DNA of 64,000 nt. It comes from Diplonema japonicum (Eukaryota; Protista; Euglenozoa: Diplonemea). Shown one piece after another: positions 33,782-45,320 of this stretch (within the stretch, counting starts at the first letter, position 1; each line of letters opens with the position of its first letter). The position numbers were made by a program, and so were the translations under genes. The notes beneath the pieces are model-generated. The model ran no database searches, had not been told where the DNA came from, and worked only from the letters and a program-made list of their open reading frames with translations. The DNA lies in assembly GCA_964019335.1 (NCBI GenBank), contig OZ025725.1:186001-250000 (forward strand), given 5' to 3'.

Positions 33782-36261
33782 ATGCAGCCTTCGGACGATG
33801 CGTATTCGGGCATTGAGTCCGCAGGCCTGCATCATGGACATCAGCCTTTGATCACGCCGACTTTGCTGTCTGGAATCCCAATGCAGCAAGGAGGGCGCCA
33901 ACAAGGTGGGAAACCCGAAAACCTGCTGCAGCTACCACAGCAGCAGGCACAGGTAAACAACCAGTTGCTGATGTCCAATCACCAATCCCTTATGCTCAAC
34001 CCCCTGACGCAGTCCCAGTTGCAACAAAATTTGCAAGTATTGTTGCAGCCTGGGATAGGGGATCAGACCTCCCTCGTGCAACACGCGTTGCCAGCAGATA
34101 AGCAGCTGTTGCTGCAACAACAACAACAGCAACAGCAGCACGCGCAGCAACAGCAGCAGCAGCAGCAGCAGCAGCAACATGCACAGCTGCAGCAGGCTCA
34201 GCTGCAACAAGCTCAATTGCAGCAAGCTCAGCTGCAACAGGCTCAGTTGCAGCAACTCCAGCTTCAGCAGTTGAGCATACAGCAGCAATTGCCTGTGTCT
34301 TTGTCACCTATGTTAACTCTGCAGACGCTGCCTATCACCCAAGCTGCGGCTCAGTCACAGCTGTCACAGTCGCAGCTGTCACAGTCGCAGCTGTCACAGT
34401 CACAGCTGTCACAGCCGCAGCTGTCTCAGCCGCAGCTGTCACAGTCGCAGACCCTTTCTACTTCACAGCCGAATGCGGGTCTTAACACCTCGCTCGCGGC
34501 TAGCCTGGGCACAAATGTGAACAATTCCTTGGGGAACCTTGCCAACACAAACCTCTCCAAGCCCGCGGCGACCCTCCCTCCGTCTCCCCTCTACCAGCAC
34601 CCTTCCCCCACGGCCGCCACCGCCGAGCCACTTAGCAGGGCAGACAGTTCACACAGCCTCAACCCCGCACCGAAGACGAAGAAGAAGCAGCCACAGCGCA
34701 CCGTTGAATCCTTCACAATGTCGATGGCTTCTGAGGCGAGGCAGAAGAACAGGAAAGCAGCGGAAGCTGTGCTGTCGGACGCGAAGATCGCACGCTGCGT
34801 CAACGCTGACCTGTACAAGGTGTGCATTTAGAACAACAACAAAAAAGAAAAAGAGCAAAAAATAAAAATAAAATAAAACAACCGCACAGCCCTTGATCCG
34901 CTTGTACGGGGAACTAGACGACCCGGAGGCTGCGGAGCAGGTGATCCAAGACATGAAAGAGAACACTGTGGCGCCTGACGCGAGCACATACGGCACGCTG
35001 CTGGCCGCGCACAGCAGGAAAAGAGGCGGCAGGTACGACACGCCAGCAGCAGAGAGAGTATTGCAGAGGGCGAAGGACGAGAAGAAGGTCAACGTGCAGA
35101 TGTTCAGCTGCTTAATGAGCCTGTACGGGGAAATGGGCCATCCGGAGAAGGCAGAGGAGCAGCTGGAAGAGATGCAAAAGCTATCAGTAAAGCCGGACGC
35201 AAACACATACAGCACTCTGATCGCCGCCTACGCCAAGAAGAAAGAAGTGGACAAGGCCAAGGGGGTGCTCGACAGGGCAAAGAAGGCAAAGTGTGTGAAC
35301 GCAGATCTTTACAAACCCCTGATGCGCTTGTACGGCACAACGGTGGACTCAAACCCTGAGGAGCTTATCGAAGACATGGAGAACAATGGTGTGCACCCTC
35401 ATGCAAGCACCTTCGCCACACTGCTGGCGGTGCACGCAAGGTCGAAGGACCGCAAGAAAGCGGAGGAGGTCTTGCATCGTGCGAAGAAGGAAGGCAAGGT
35501 AAACGCTCACATTTACTCCCCTCTCATGCGACTCTACGGCGAACTCAAGGACAGCGAAGCGGCGGAAGCACTGCTTCAGGAAATGCTCGACAATGAAATG
35601 AAGCCGGATATCAGCATTTATGCAACCCTCCTTGCAGTCCACGCGGGGAACAAGAACAGAGACGGTGCTACTAAGGTACTAGAACGCGCTAAGCTCTCCG
35701 GCTTTGCGGGGAAGCAGATCTACAAGGGGCTCATGAACCTCTGCAGCGATTCCAACGATCCTGCTGCAGCGGAGTTCTTCTTGAACGACATGCTGAAGGA
35801 CACCAAGGTGTGGGCGGGAGAAAAAAAAGAAGAAAAAAAAAAAAAATCTCAGACCCCACCAACCCCGTACATTTTCGAGACCATCATCGCTTCGTACTGC
35901 AAGCAGGGTGATATCAAGGCGGCCATGCGTATTCTTGACCAGGCGAAGATGCACAATGATAAGAGAGAAGCCGGGACGCCTCCTCTGCTTCGGGCGGAGG
36001 CGTTCAAGCATATCATGGATATGTTCAAGGAGGAAGACAACAAGAGCGGGGCAAGGCAGCTTGTGGACATCTTGGCCTCGTGCCAGATAAACTCGCAGCT
36101 TGCCGACGAGGCACTGGAGGTATATCTCATCTTCTTATAATTTCAAACAAAACCCGTAGATCATCGACTTGCATGACAGAGGAGAAACTGAAGAGGCGAG
36201 GAGGCTGATCGAGGAGAAGGATGGTGAGACGCGTGCTGCAAGCGCTGCAAAACAGGTATGG

Positions 36262-36296
<35 letters not shown>

Positions 36297-36556
36297 TGCT
36301 CACTTCCCTGTCGGAGCTCCTTGAGAAGAACGAAAGGTTGTACCTGATCACCAATTTTGCGAACGGGGATAAGTGCAGGAAATGCGGTCTGTCCATCACC
36401 GGGCACCCGTTCTGTAGCACAGACGGCGTGCGCCATAAACCCCCTGCGTCCATTCCAGATATTCTGTCTTGTTTAGATCCCTTTCAGATGTCCTCTGATC
36501 GGAGGCCACAAACACCTCCTGCTGATGTGGATGATGTGTTTGGTGGTATGAGTTAA
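33782..36556 (+). CDS. polyQ low-complexity + pentatricopeptide repeat (PPR) protein with a C-terminal Cys/His motif; introns 34820-34889, 35808-35852, 36120-36159, 36256-36295
   Basis: Splicing joins ORFs 33782, 34893 and 36221. The first junction restores CVNADLYKPL, which recurs internally. 35-aa repeats such as VKPDANTYSTLIAAYAK; CRKCG...PFC...H near the end. Confidence 0.8.
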
Positions 36557-37749
36557 TTTTTTTTTTTGGGAGGAGGGGAAAAAAAATTAAAAAAAGGTGA
36601 CCAAGGAGGCCGATCGCTGACGTGCCCAAACCCTAAGAAGGTTTTTTTTTTTTTCTTTTTCTTTTTCTTTTTTCCAAAAAAAAGGGGGGGAGGGGGGAGA
36701 AAAAAAATAACACTTTATAGCTATTTACTGCCAACAAGTAATGACTTTACCGCAGTTGTTTTCCCTCCTTTTCTTGACTAAGAGTTGCCGCTGTCACCAT
36801 CTCTAATCAGGCAAATTAGGAGGAAAAAGTAGTCCAACCTGGAACTGAGAGGAATAACTGAATCGACATTATTTCACCGTGAAGTAATGTTACCCCTGTT
36901 GCGCTTTGGGTACTAAGGCCCCGGATCTCTACTTACAAAGTGCCCTAAGTCTTGACTAGGTAACCCATCGGGTGAAAGGACCCCAGTACAGCATCGAACT
37001 AAAATTTCCTTACCTTGGGGTAAGCAGTCTGGTTCTTTTCAACTTGCTAGAAAACCTGATTCCCTGTGTCGTCCCTGTGTCTGCTGTTCGTGCTAATAAA
37101 TATCCGTGTGGATATTAATTTATTTAGTTAACTATTTTTTGCCATTTTTTTTTTTTTTTAATGCTCTTTTGCCAGGGACAGCACATGCATATACAGGGGT
37201 GGGCCCCAAACGGTGCTTCATAAAACTCACACAATCACAGTATGATTTTGCAGGCCTCGACGAGTTAAGTTAAAAAAAAAAAGAAAAGAGAATAAAAGGA
37301 TGGGTGGGGGGGGGGGGGGGGGGAGGGGTGCAACAAAGAGCAGCACAAGCACTTATTATCAGCTCCCCCCCCCCCTTTTTTCATTCTTTCCTGCTTTTTT
37401 TTTGATTGTTTTGTTTTTTTTTTTTTTTTTTTTTCTGGGACCAACGTTTCTTTTTTTTTTTTGTATTGTGTTTATTTTTTTTTTTTTCCGTGTTTCCCCT
37501 ATAGTTGTGGGACAGTGGGTAGAGGGGAATAAAGAACAAAAGGAGGAAGGGGGGCTTTTAAAAGAAAGGGGGGAAAATGAAAAAGGTTAAAAAAAAAAAA
37601 AATAATCCCTTTTTTTCTCTCTCTCTGTTGATTTCTTTTCTTTTCTTTTCTATTTTTCTGCTTTCAATGAAGTCGTGTAAGGAGGCAGGAATGGTAAGGG
37701 CTTGAATTTCCAGTCCAGGGGTGTTCCTTCTTTATTTTTTTCTCCCCCC

Positions 37750-37780
<31 letters not shown>

Positions 37781-37829
37781 AAGAACAGCGCGGCCGGTGA
37801 GCGCAAAAACGCATACCTTAAAAGAATAG
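37781..37829 (+). mobile_element. very short 3'-end copy of the 31228-31672 element, between T-runs
   Basis: acagcgcggccggtgagcgcaaaaacgcataccttaaaagaatag is identical to 31627-31671; flanked by T-runs. Confidence 0.85.
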
Positions 37830-37969
37830 TTTTTTTTTTTTAAAGGATCTTAAATTCGCAGCAAGAAAAAAAAAAGGAAAAAAAAAAAAAAGAAAGAAAC
37901 ATAAAAAAAAAAAAGAAAAAAAAAATACCCTTCACCCCTCCCACACACTTGATATCAACAAACTCATTC

Positions 37970-38000
<31 letters not shown>

Positions 38001-38365
38001 TTTGAATCTGTCACATTGTCGATTTTTTTCTTAAGGTTCTTGATCCAGCGCCCTATAAAACTTCTTTGCCCCTGACCTTGATTTATGGGCTGGGTAAGCA
38101 ACGACTTTTCTTTGCCTTGAATTTCTTTGAGACAAGAGTTGAATCAGAAATAAAAGATGACATTTCGGCCAATAATGTGTTGTTGCCCCAATCCCTTCTT
38201 CCCTCACTATTGAATACCAGATTCCCCTCCCAATTTTTTTTGTTTATTTTTTTTTTTTTTGAAACGAAGATCCAGTCATCCGGTATTTTACCCCCTCACA
38301 ACAAGGAGAACAAAAAAAAAAAAAAAAAAAAAAAGGGAAAAAAAAAGTAAATCTAAAGAAAATTC

Positions 38366-38396
<31 letters not shown>

Positions 38397-38484
38397 TTCC
38401 GAGAAAAATGGGGGAGAGAAAGAAGGAAAACAAAAAGATGATTCTGTTTTTTTTTCTTTTTTTTTTCTTTTTTTTTTTTTTTTT

Positions 38485-38805
38485 CCAGGTGGTGGGGATA
38501 ACATGAAAATATAAGAAAAACATCAGATGTGTTGTTCGCTGTTGACCTCCTCGTCGGTCATCACCGGTAGCGCCCGAGTGGAGAACATAATGCAGATGCT
38601 CAGGGTGACGAACAGGCAGCAAACTGCACGAGCGCAGAATCTTGGTTACCCGGGACGCACCGGCTGGGGTTGAGCTGTACACCGCACGCATTAAGGACAC
38701 GACGCGGAACGCAGAAGAAGCTACAACTCGGCCGCGGCGCGCCCCCTGTAATCAAGACAGTTCTTGTGCAGGGCGCCGCCAACACCGGCCTCCTTGAACT
38801 CATAA
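38485..38805 (+). mobile_element. T-run-flanked dispersed repeat remnant
   Basis: 3' part matches 1-71; terminal gggcg...tccttgaactcata resembles the end of 60491-61310 (gggcg...tcctttaactcata); T-runs on both sides. Confidence 0.6.
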
Positions 38806-39666
38806 TTTTTTTTTTTTCTCTTTTTTTTTTTATTCCCCTGGTGTATCAGGTCGAAAGAACAAAAAAAAAAAAAAAAAAAAAAAAAAAACAGCTCTTTATT
38901 CACAGCAACCGGGGGGAGGATGAAAAAAAAAGAAATGTAGCTCACTCAGAATGACTTAGATTTTTTTTTTCCCATCGAAGAGGAAAACGTGAATAAATTG
39001 GGTTTTATTTTACTCTCAATTTTTTTTTTTTTTTACTGGAGATTCCTTTTTTTTTTTGCAGTGAGGGAAAGGTAAAAAAAAAAAAAAAAAAAAAATTGAG
39101 AGAGTGAAGTGAACGACGCTTTTTAAAAAAAAATTTTTTTTTATTCTTTCCCTTTTTTTTTTTGTTACACACTCGATGTTTTATTGGGGGCAGCAGGGCT
39201 TGATGATCAATAACCATAAAGCTTGTTTCCCATGTGGCAGGTTTTTGTAAAACCTGCCATTACTTATTGTAATTCCCCCCCCCCCCTTTTTTTCTTCTTT
39301 ACTTTTTTATTAGCCGATCAAATTTCTTTTTTTTTTCTCTCATTTCAACCGCTTGAAGAAGAAAAAAAGTTGCGAGAGCAGGGAGGGGAACCATCAAATA
39401 TAAAAAACTCATATGAGGGGGGGGGGGGGGGGGGGTGGTCTGTCATTGCCTTGTCCAGCTTCAGATCAAAACCGAAATTTTTAAATCTTTTTTTTTTAAA
39501 TGTTTTTTTTTTTTAAATTAGAAAAAGCAAAAAAAGAAGAAAAAAAAAGAAAGAAAGAAAGAAAGCGGGAAAGGGAAGGAGAGGGTTAACTGTTCCTTGC
39601 TTTTCTGGGACTTTTAAAAAAAAAAAAGAAGAAGAAGAAGAAGAAGAGTGCGTGGCATTTGTTTCT

Positions 39667-40082
39667 GATGTGGTAGCCGTTTCTCAGGCTCCCTCTCCGG
39701 AATCGAACCCTAATTCCCCGTTACCCGTTACAGCCACGGTAGTCCACTACACTACCGTCAAAAGCTGATAGGGCAGAAGCTCTTGCGGGCTTGCACCTCC
39801 TCGAGGGAGTGTGCTATCACTCGGTTGACCTGTTTCATCCACACACCGCTGCTATTGCTAGCGTTGGTTTTTATTTCGGTCAACTGTATCCACCTCACCC
39901 CCGTAAGATCTCTCTCACAGGGTGGAATGTGAGTTGGATTTTCCGGACATGTATTAGCAATGGAGTTACCATTGTTATCCAACTGAGTGCCGAAAGGCGC
40001 TTTCCCCGCGTAGATTGTTGCCGATTTAATGAGCCGTCTGCAGATCCACTTACAGGTACAAATCCTGAGATAAGACAGCATG
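39667..40082 (-). pseudogene. isolated 18S (SSU) rRNA gene fragment, 5' domain
   Basis: Reverse complement contains ggctcattaaatc, ggataac...gctaatacatg, ttctgccctatcagc and gggtaacggggaattagggttcgattccggagagggagcctgagaaacggctaccacatc (universal eukaryotic SSU blocks); truncated at both ends. Confidence 0.92.
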
Positions 40083-40983
40083 TTATCATATTCTTTTCGT
40101 TTCTTTTTTTTTTTTTGTTCCTTCAAGAACTGAGTAGTTGTTCAAATGCAATTCAAAAAAAAAAAAAAAATAAATAAATAAATAAATAAATAAAGACAAA
40201 AAAATTTGTTTCTTTCTTTTTTTGTAGTCTTTCCCGTCGCCCTCCGAGCGAACCAAAAAAAAAAAAATAATAATGATAACAAAAATAAAAGTTAAAAAAA
40301 AAAAGAAATGCAAGAAGAAAAAAAAACAGCAAGATTCAGTTGTTTACCCCCCCCCCTTTTTTTCTTTTTGAAACAGCAAAGAAAAAAAAAAGAAAAGAAA
40401 TTATCCCCTCGCCCCGTTGCGCCGTGAACCGTGAAAGTGCCTTGACAGTCAGCTCCAACAAAAGTTTTTTATATTTATTCCTCCTCCCCCTCCCCAAATT
40501 TTTTTTCCCCGTACCTTTCCCCCCCCCCCCCCCTATTTTGACGCAATACCTGGTTTGAGGTTGTGCATTGGCCTATTGTTTTTTTCTTCTTCTTTTTTTT
40601 CCTATGTATCTTCATCTTCCCCACACCCCCTTTTTCTTCCTATTTTGCCCAAAGAAGAAGACAGTGTTTATGTAAAACCGGCAAATTTTAGTTATTTTGT
40701 ATTTCTTTTGGGGGGGGTGGGGGCGTTCCCCCCCCCTTTTTTTCTCTCCCCTTTCTTCTTCCTTTATATTCGATTCTCTATTGAGTAAATTCATTCTTTG
40801 GGTGTTGGGGGGGGGGGGGGGTAAAGTAATGTGCCAATAAGGCAAATCTTTTCTCTTTGTTCATGTTTTTTTGGGGGGGGCTTACAAAGAAAAAAAAAGA
40901 AAGGTGAAACAGAATAAGTAGAAGCGATGGGTTTTTTTTTTTTTCCTCTTTTTTTTTTTTTTTTCTCTCTCTCTCATTTTTTT

Positions 40984-41072
40984 GCAAGAACGGATCTTTG
41001 ACTTTTCTGAACAAAAAAAGGAGAAATGTTGGCGATGGGTATTATAAACTCCCTCTAGGTTTCAACGCCGGC
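40984..41072 (+). repeat. short interspersed repeat, family B (diverged copy)
   Basis: gcaagaacggatctttgacttttctgaacaaaa...atgttggc aligns with 52131-52180; preceded by a T-run. Confidence 0.7.
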
Positions 41073-41140
41073 GCCGGTTGCTCGTGGTTGTTTCCTCTCC
41101 TCTTTTCATTTTAATTATTCTGGCTTTTTTTTTTTCTTTT

Positions 41141-41530
41141 GCACTCGACTATGAGGAGACAACCGGTAAGTCACTGGGAGTCTACAACATGCAGAGGAAG
41201 GCACGCAGAATCAAGCTGTTGGTGGAGAGAGTCAACGCAGTGTGCAGAACGAGTCGGATAAGATGCCCCTTCCCTGCGGACGGGGCAAAGAGGGTCACGT
41301 CGCTCACAGCGATCGGAGACAAGGCTGAAATAGGCTTTAACAGGAGACCGATCTTCGCATCAAGACAGACAGCGCAAAAGCTACAGGAGTTGAAAGGGAC
41401 ATACAAGAAAGAACGCGTGTCGAAACTACGAAAAATTTTAAAGACGACAATAGGAACGAAGGCATTAATAGATAGGAACTCACACCACAAGAGGCTGTCC
41501 TCCAGTGGGATAGTCTTTTACTATGAGTTC
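41141..41530 (+). mobile_element. 5'-truncated retroelement-like remnant between T-runs
   Basis: ALDYEETTGKSLG...QRKARRI...FPA...RVTSLTAIG...IGFNRRPIFAS is homologous to the 60491-61310 ORF; T-runs on both sides. Confidence 0.8.
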
Positions 41531-41685
41531 TTTTTTTTTTTTTTTTTTTTTTTTTGTTGTTTGTATGAACTACTTGCGGTTTTTCCTTTTTTTTTTTTTT
41601 TTATAGCCATAGCGCCATGGAGTGAGTTGATTCCAAAAAAGAAAAAAAAAAAAAAAAAGAAAAACCTGCATACAGTCAACCAACT

Positions 41686-41717
<32 letters not shown>

Positions 41718-42618
41718 TTTTTTTGCCGACAGAATAGACTTTTAGTAAGGTACAACAAAAAAAAAAAAAAGAAATGTGGGGTTCCGTGCTTTGTATGTGG
41801 GGCGGGTAAAAAGAAATTTTGTTTTATTGTTTTTTTTTTTTAATTATCTTTTTTCAAAAAATAAAATGATAGGTATCCAGTCATCTATGGAATACCTTTT
41901 TTTTTGATTACTTTTCTTACTGGTACCGGAGGAGTTTCCTAGTGGGGGGTCAATAAAGTGTATTTGATTCCCACTCTTTCATTTGCTTGATTTTTTTGTC
42001 TCTCTTTTCCCTCGTTTTTTGTTTCTTCTTTTCTTTTCTTTTCTTTTATTTTTTTTTTTTCTGGGCTTGTCATTACAAAAAAAAAAAAAGAAAAAGTGAA
42101 ATTGAATAAATAGTAAAGGCCTGGCTTTTTCATAGGAAGAAGTCTGCTTTAAAAAAAAAAAAAAGGAGAATTAAGTTTTATCGAATGAAGACATTGAAAA
42201 AAAAGGGGGGGGGGAAACAATAAAGAGAGAACTCTCACTTCTTTTTATTTTTCGTTTTTTGTATACGGGAGTGAATAGAAGGAGAACGAAAATAAAAAAA
42301 AAGAAAAGTTGTGTTTTTTTTCTTCTTCTTCTTCTTCTTCTTCTTTTTTTTTTCTTTCTTCCCCACCCTTCCTGCTGAGTGGAGCGATACTGAATATGGC
42401 GAATAAATATACAGGGGGTGATGAAAGGGGAAATACGTACAAATAGGGGGGTGAAACAAAAACAAAAACAAAAAGAGGGGGTAAAAAAAAAGAGAAAAAA
42501 AAAATGGGGTAGCACGCCTTGATATCAGGCGTGGCAACAAGAAATCAAATGTATTTTTTTTTTTTTTTTTTTCCCACCCTCTTTTTCTTTTTTTTTCCTC
42601 CTTTCCCCCTCTTTTTTT

Positions 42619-42847
42619 CAACACGGACGAAGCAGATCCGCCACGCTAAGGACTGGATTGACACCGCTGCATTCTGTGCTCGAAGGGACGGAGTGCAGGT
42701 AGAGAACACGCTTGTCTCAGGACCAATTGCAGTACGCGGGGACATTGCGTATTAAGGAAGCGAGACAGCATCACTCGACTCCTCAAGGCGCTCGGGAATA
42801 AAAGCAATGGGCGGCCCTCTAGCGGGGGGCTTGTCCTGTACTTTGAG
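42619..42847 (+). mobile_element. T-run-flanked remnant with a Cys/His-rich frame
   Basis: 3' end cctctagcggggggcttgtcctgtactttgagtt resembles the 41530 end cctccagtgggatagtcttttactatgagtt; one frame reads CILC...HAC...C...GHC; inverted copy of the end at 54393-54417. Confidence 0.55.
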
Positions 42848-43047
42848 TTTTTTTTTTTTCTTTTTTTTTTCCCCACCCCCCTACCCCCATATTCACCCTC
42901 CTCCCACTCTGTCCCGCCCTCCACCCACCAAACTTTGACAATGTGAGTTTCATCTTTTTTTTCTTTTCTTCCCCCCCCCCGAGAAAGCATCAAAAAAAAA
43001 GAGAGGGGAAACAAGAAAAAAATAAAAAAAAATAAAATAAAAAAAAT

Positions 43048-43674
43048 ATGGATAGGCCAGCAGATATAATTTTGCAAGTAGACGATGTGGTTGTGATGGA
43101 GAAAGGTTACAAAATATTTGAAGGCCAACTCCTAGTGGTGGTGGTGAAGGCTGTGACTGACGAGGAGAAGAAGACTGTTATCGAGGTAAACGGCGAGGCG
43201 GACAGCCTTGTGTTCGGGCTTTGCGACCACCTGAAAGTACCTCTGAACAAAACCATCTCTGTCAAAAGAACCGGGTGCAACTACCACACCGAGCTTATGA
43301 AAAAGGAACTGACATTCATGCTTCCAGTCAACCTTTCGGAAGAGCAGTTCGCTTATGTCGATGCAACTTTAGACAAATATACCTGTTTCACGGTCTCGAG
43401 GGGTGCCGAAGTTTGTGATAGAGGAGCTTGTGTCGGGGCACCACCTGCAACACCCCCTAGTCCTGCTAGTCCAAAGGCGGAACTCAGCTTCCTCGAAAGA
43501 GCCCGGCAAGCCAAAGCCAAGTTGTTCAAAGAGGATGCTCCTAAAGATCCCAAGTCTGGTCCCACACCGCAGTCCCCGCAGAAAACCAGTATACCTGACT
43601 CTGTGGCTAAGTCGATGTTTCAACTTACATCAGCAGCGAAAGGTGCGATGGGGGCAGGAAAGGTGTCAGAGTGA
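43048..43674 (+). CDS. hypothetical protein (208 aa), weak resemblance to spartin/ERD7 N-terminal region
   Basis: ATG after an A-run; beta-rich N-terminus, LTFMLP...YVDATLDKYTCF, Pro-rich tail. Confidence 0.65.
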   Translation: MDRPADIILQVDDVVVMEKGYKIFEGQLLVVVVKAVTDEEKKTVIEVNGEADSLVFGLCDHLKVPLNKTISVKRTGCNYHTELMKKELTFMLPVNLSEEQFAYVDATLDKYTCFTVSRGAEVCDRGACVGAPPATPPSPASPKAELSFLERARQAKAKLFKEDAPKDPKSGPTPQSPQKTSIPDSVAKSMFQLTSAAKGAMGAGKVSE

Positions 43675-43932
43675 GAGAACCTCCATTTGTAGCGAGTGTG
43701 CCAAAAAAAAAAGAAAAGAAAAAAAGAAAAAAAAAAGAACAAGAAACAAATCCACTCTCTCCCAAAAGAAGAAAAAAAAAAAAAAAGAAAATTGCTTCCA
43801 TTCGAATTTTTTTTGTTTTCCCGCACTCCCCGTCCTATTCGGTACCCTCCCCCCCCCCCCTACTTTTTTCACGTTGATAATTTAAACCCCATTTAAAATT
43901 TACTATTTTTAGGGAACAAAAAATAGTAAAAA

Positions 43933-45081
43933 ATGCCGAGCGAACCGGATTTTTTCTCGGAAAGTTATGAGGTCAGAGAACTGAAGGGAAAGGGAAAAGG
44001 CATGGTCGCGGTGAAGCCCATCGCAGCAGGGGAGCTCGTCATCAAAGAAACAGCTTTAGAACTGGTACAGGGCGGGTTCGAGACAGACAAGCTGAAGGTC
44101 CTGAACCACCTTCTGCAGAACGTACACCAAAGAGTGATCCGCGATGCCACGGCACTCAAGGCCGTAAAATCCCTCTACCCCAACGAACAAGAGAGCAAAG
44201 ACAACTTTGAGAAACGCGACTTCAACACACTAGAAGGAGACGACAAGTTCCCGGAAGACGTGGTCAACGAACTCAACCATTTATATAATATCATCACGTG
44301 CAACACCTTCAAAGTAGAGGACAATACAGGCAACGGTGAGGTCTCCTTCGCACTGTTCTTGCGCACCTCGAGGCTAAACCATTCTTGCGCACCAAACCTT
44401 CACTACTATTGCACGGGTAAATCCATCAACATCAGGGCAACAAAGGACATCCCCAAGGGACACGAGCTTACAATTTCCTACTGCAACGAGTACTTAACAA
44501 GACCCAGCAGAAAAGCCCACCTCTTGGAGAGCTACCAGTTCAACTGTACATGCGAACGATGCCAAACTCTGTCTGAGACAGATGTTGTCTTGGATGCATT
44601 GATCTGCCCTACTGAAGGCTGCCTTGGGTATATTACAACTGATAAGGCGGGGGTGCCAAGGTGCCCTACTTGCGGGCGGATGGAGGCAGCGGGGTGGAAA
44701 AAAGAAATATATTCGGAAATTCAACGGAAGCCCGACATGATTTTATCCTATTGCCACCCGCAGTCAGCTGCCTCTTATACCCGTTATTGCCATCTAGTGA
44801 ACGAGTATTTTTCAGGTGTCTCTCGCAATAGTGGGTACAGTACCCCCGAGAGGCGTGCTGCTGCGCTCACCGCCGTGAAGCGGGCCTTGGCGTGTTGCCA
44901 AGCCGCGGAGAATTGCCCATGCGAGATGCTCCTCCACTCGCTTCGCTGCGCGGTTCTGTGTCCTTTGAAGGCCGAGAAGGAAGCTTTCTTCAAGAAAGCC
45001 GAGCAGCTCTGCCTCCGCGTTCGAGGCGACGCCGACCTCAAGAAACACTTCCCCTCATGGGTACAGAACCGTGACGTGTGA
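43933..45081 (+). CDS. SMYD-like SET-domain methyltransferase
   Basis: GKGKGMVA, SRLNHSCAPN, ELTISY, post-SET FNCTCERC. Confidence 0.9.
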   Translation: MPSEPDFFSESYEVRELKGKGKGMVAVKPIAAGELVIKETALELVQGGFETDKLKVLNHLLQNVHQRVIRDATALKAVKSLYPNEQESKDNFEKRDFNTLEGDDKFPEDVVNELNHLYNIITCNTFKVEDNTGNGEVSFALFLRTSRLNHSCAPNLHYYCTGKSINIRATKDIPKGHELTISYCNEYLTRPSRKAHLLESYQFNCTCERCQTLSETDVVLDALICPTEGCLGYITTDKAGVPRCPTCGRMEAAGWKKEIYSEIQRKPDMILSYCHPQSAASYTRYCHLVNEYFSGVSRNSGYSTPERRAAALTAVKRALACCQAAENCPCEMLLHSLRCAVLCPLKAEKEAFFKKAEQLCLRVRGDADLKKHFPSWVQNRDV

Positions 45082-45320
45082 GGGTGCCTCCCGTGCCATT
45101 GGGCCAACAGTGAAGTACATAGTTTTCACCTGGTTTGTACTATTTTCGCACTGCGAAAATGATGCGAAAACCGATTCGTTTCACCCCCCCCCCCCCCCCC
45201 CCCCCTTCCGGTAGATTTTCTTAGTTTTTTTTTTTTTAAAGTTCTTTTCCTGTATTGATACCTAATTAAACAAAGGAACACCACACACAACAACTTCAAA
45301 AAAAAAAAAAAAAAAAAAAA

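Noticed and set aside
36905-36965. RNase MRP or U4 snRNA call
   Set aside because: No downstream P4 partner or GARAR loop for MRP, and no kink-turn stem for U4; kept only as an unassigned island
39758-40177. ORFs of 122-128 aa on both strands
   Set aside because: They overlap the 18S rRNA fragment
42836-42844. ctgtacttt resembling the 3' part of a euglenozoan spliced leader
   Set aside because: Only 9 nt; no upstream SL sequence and no donor GT context
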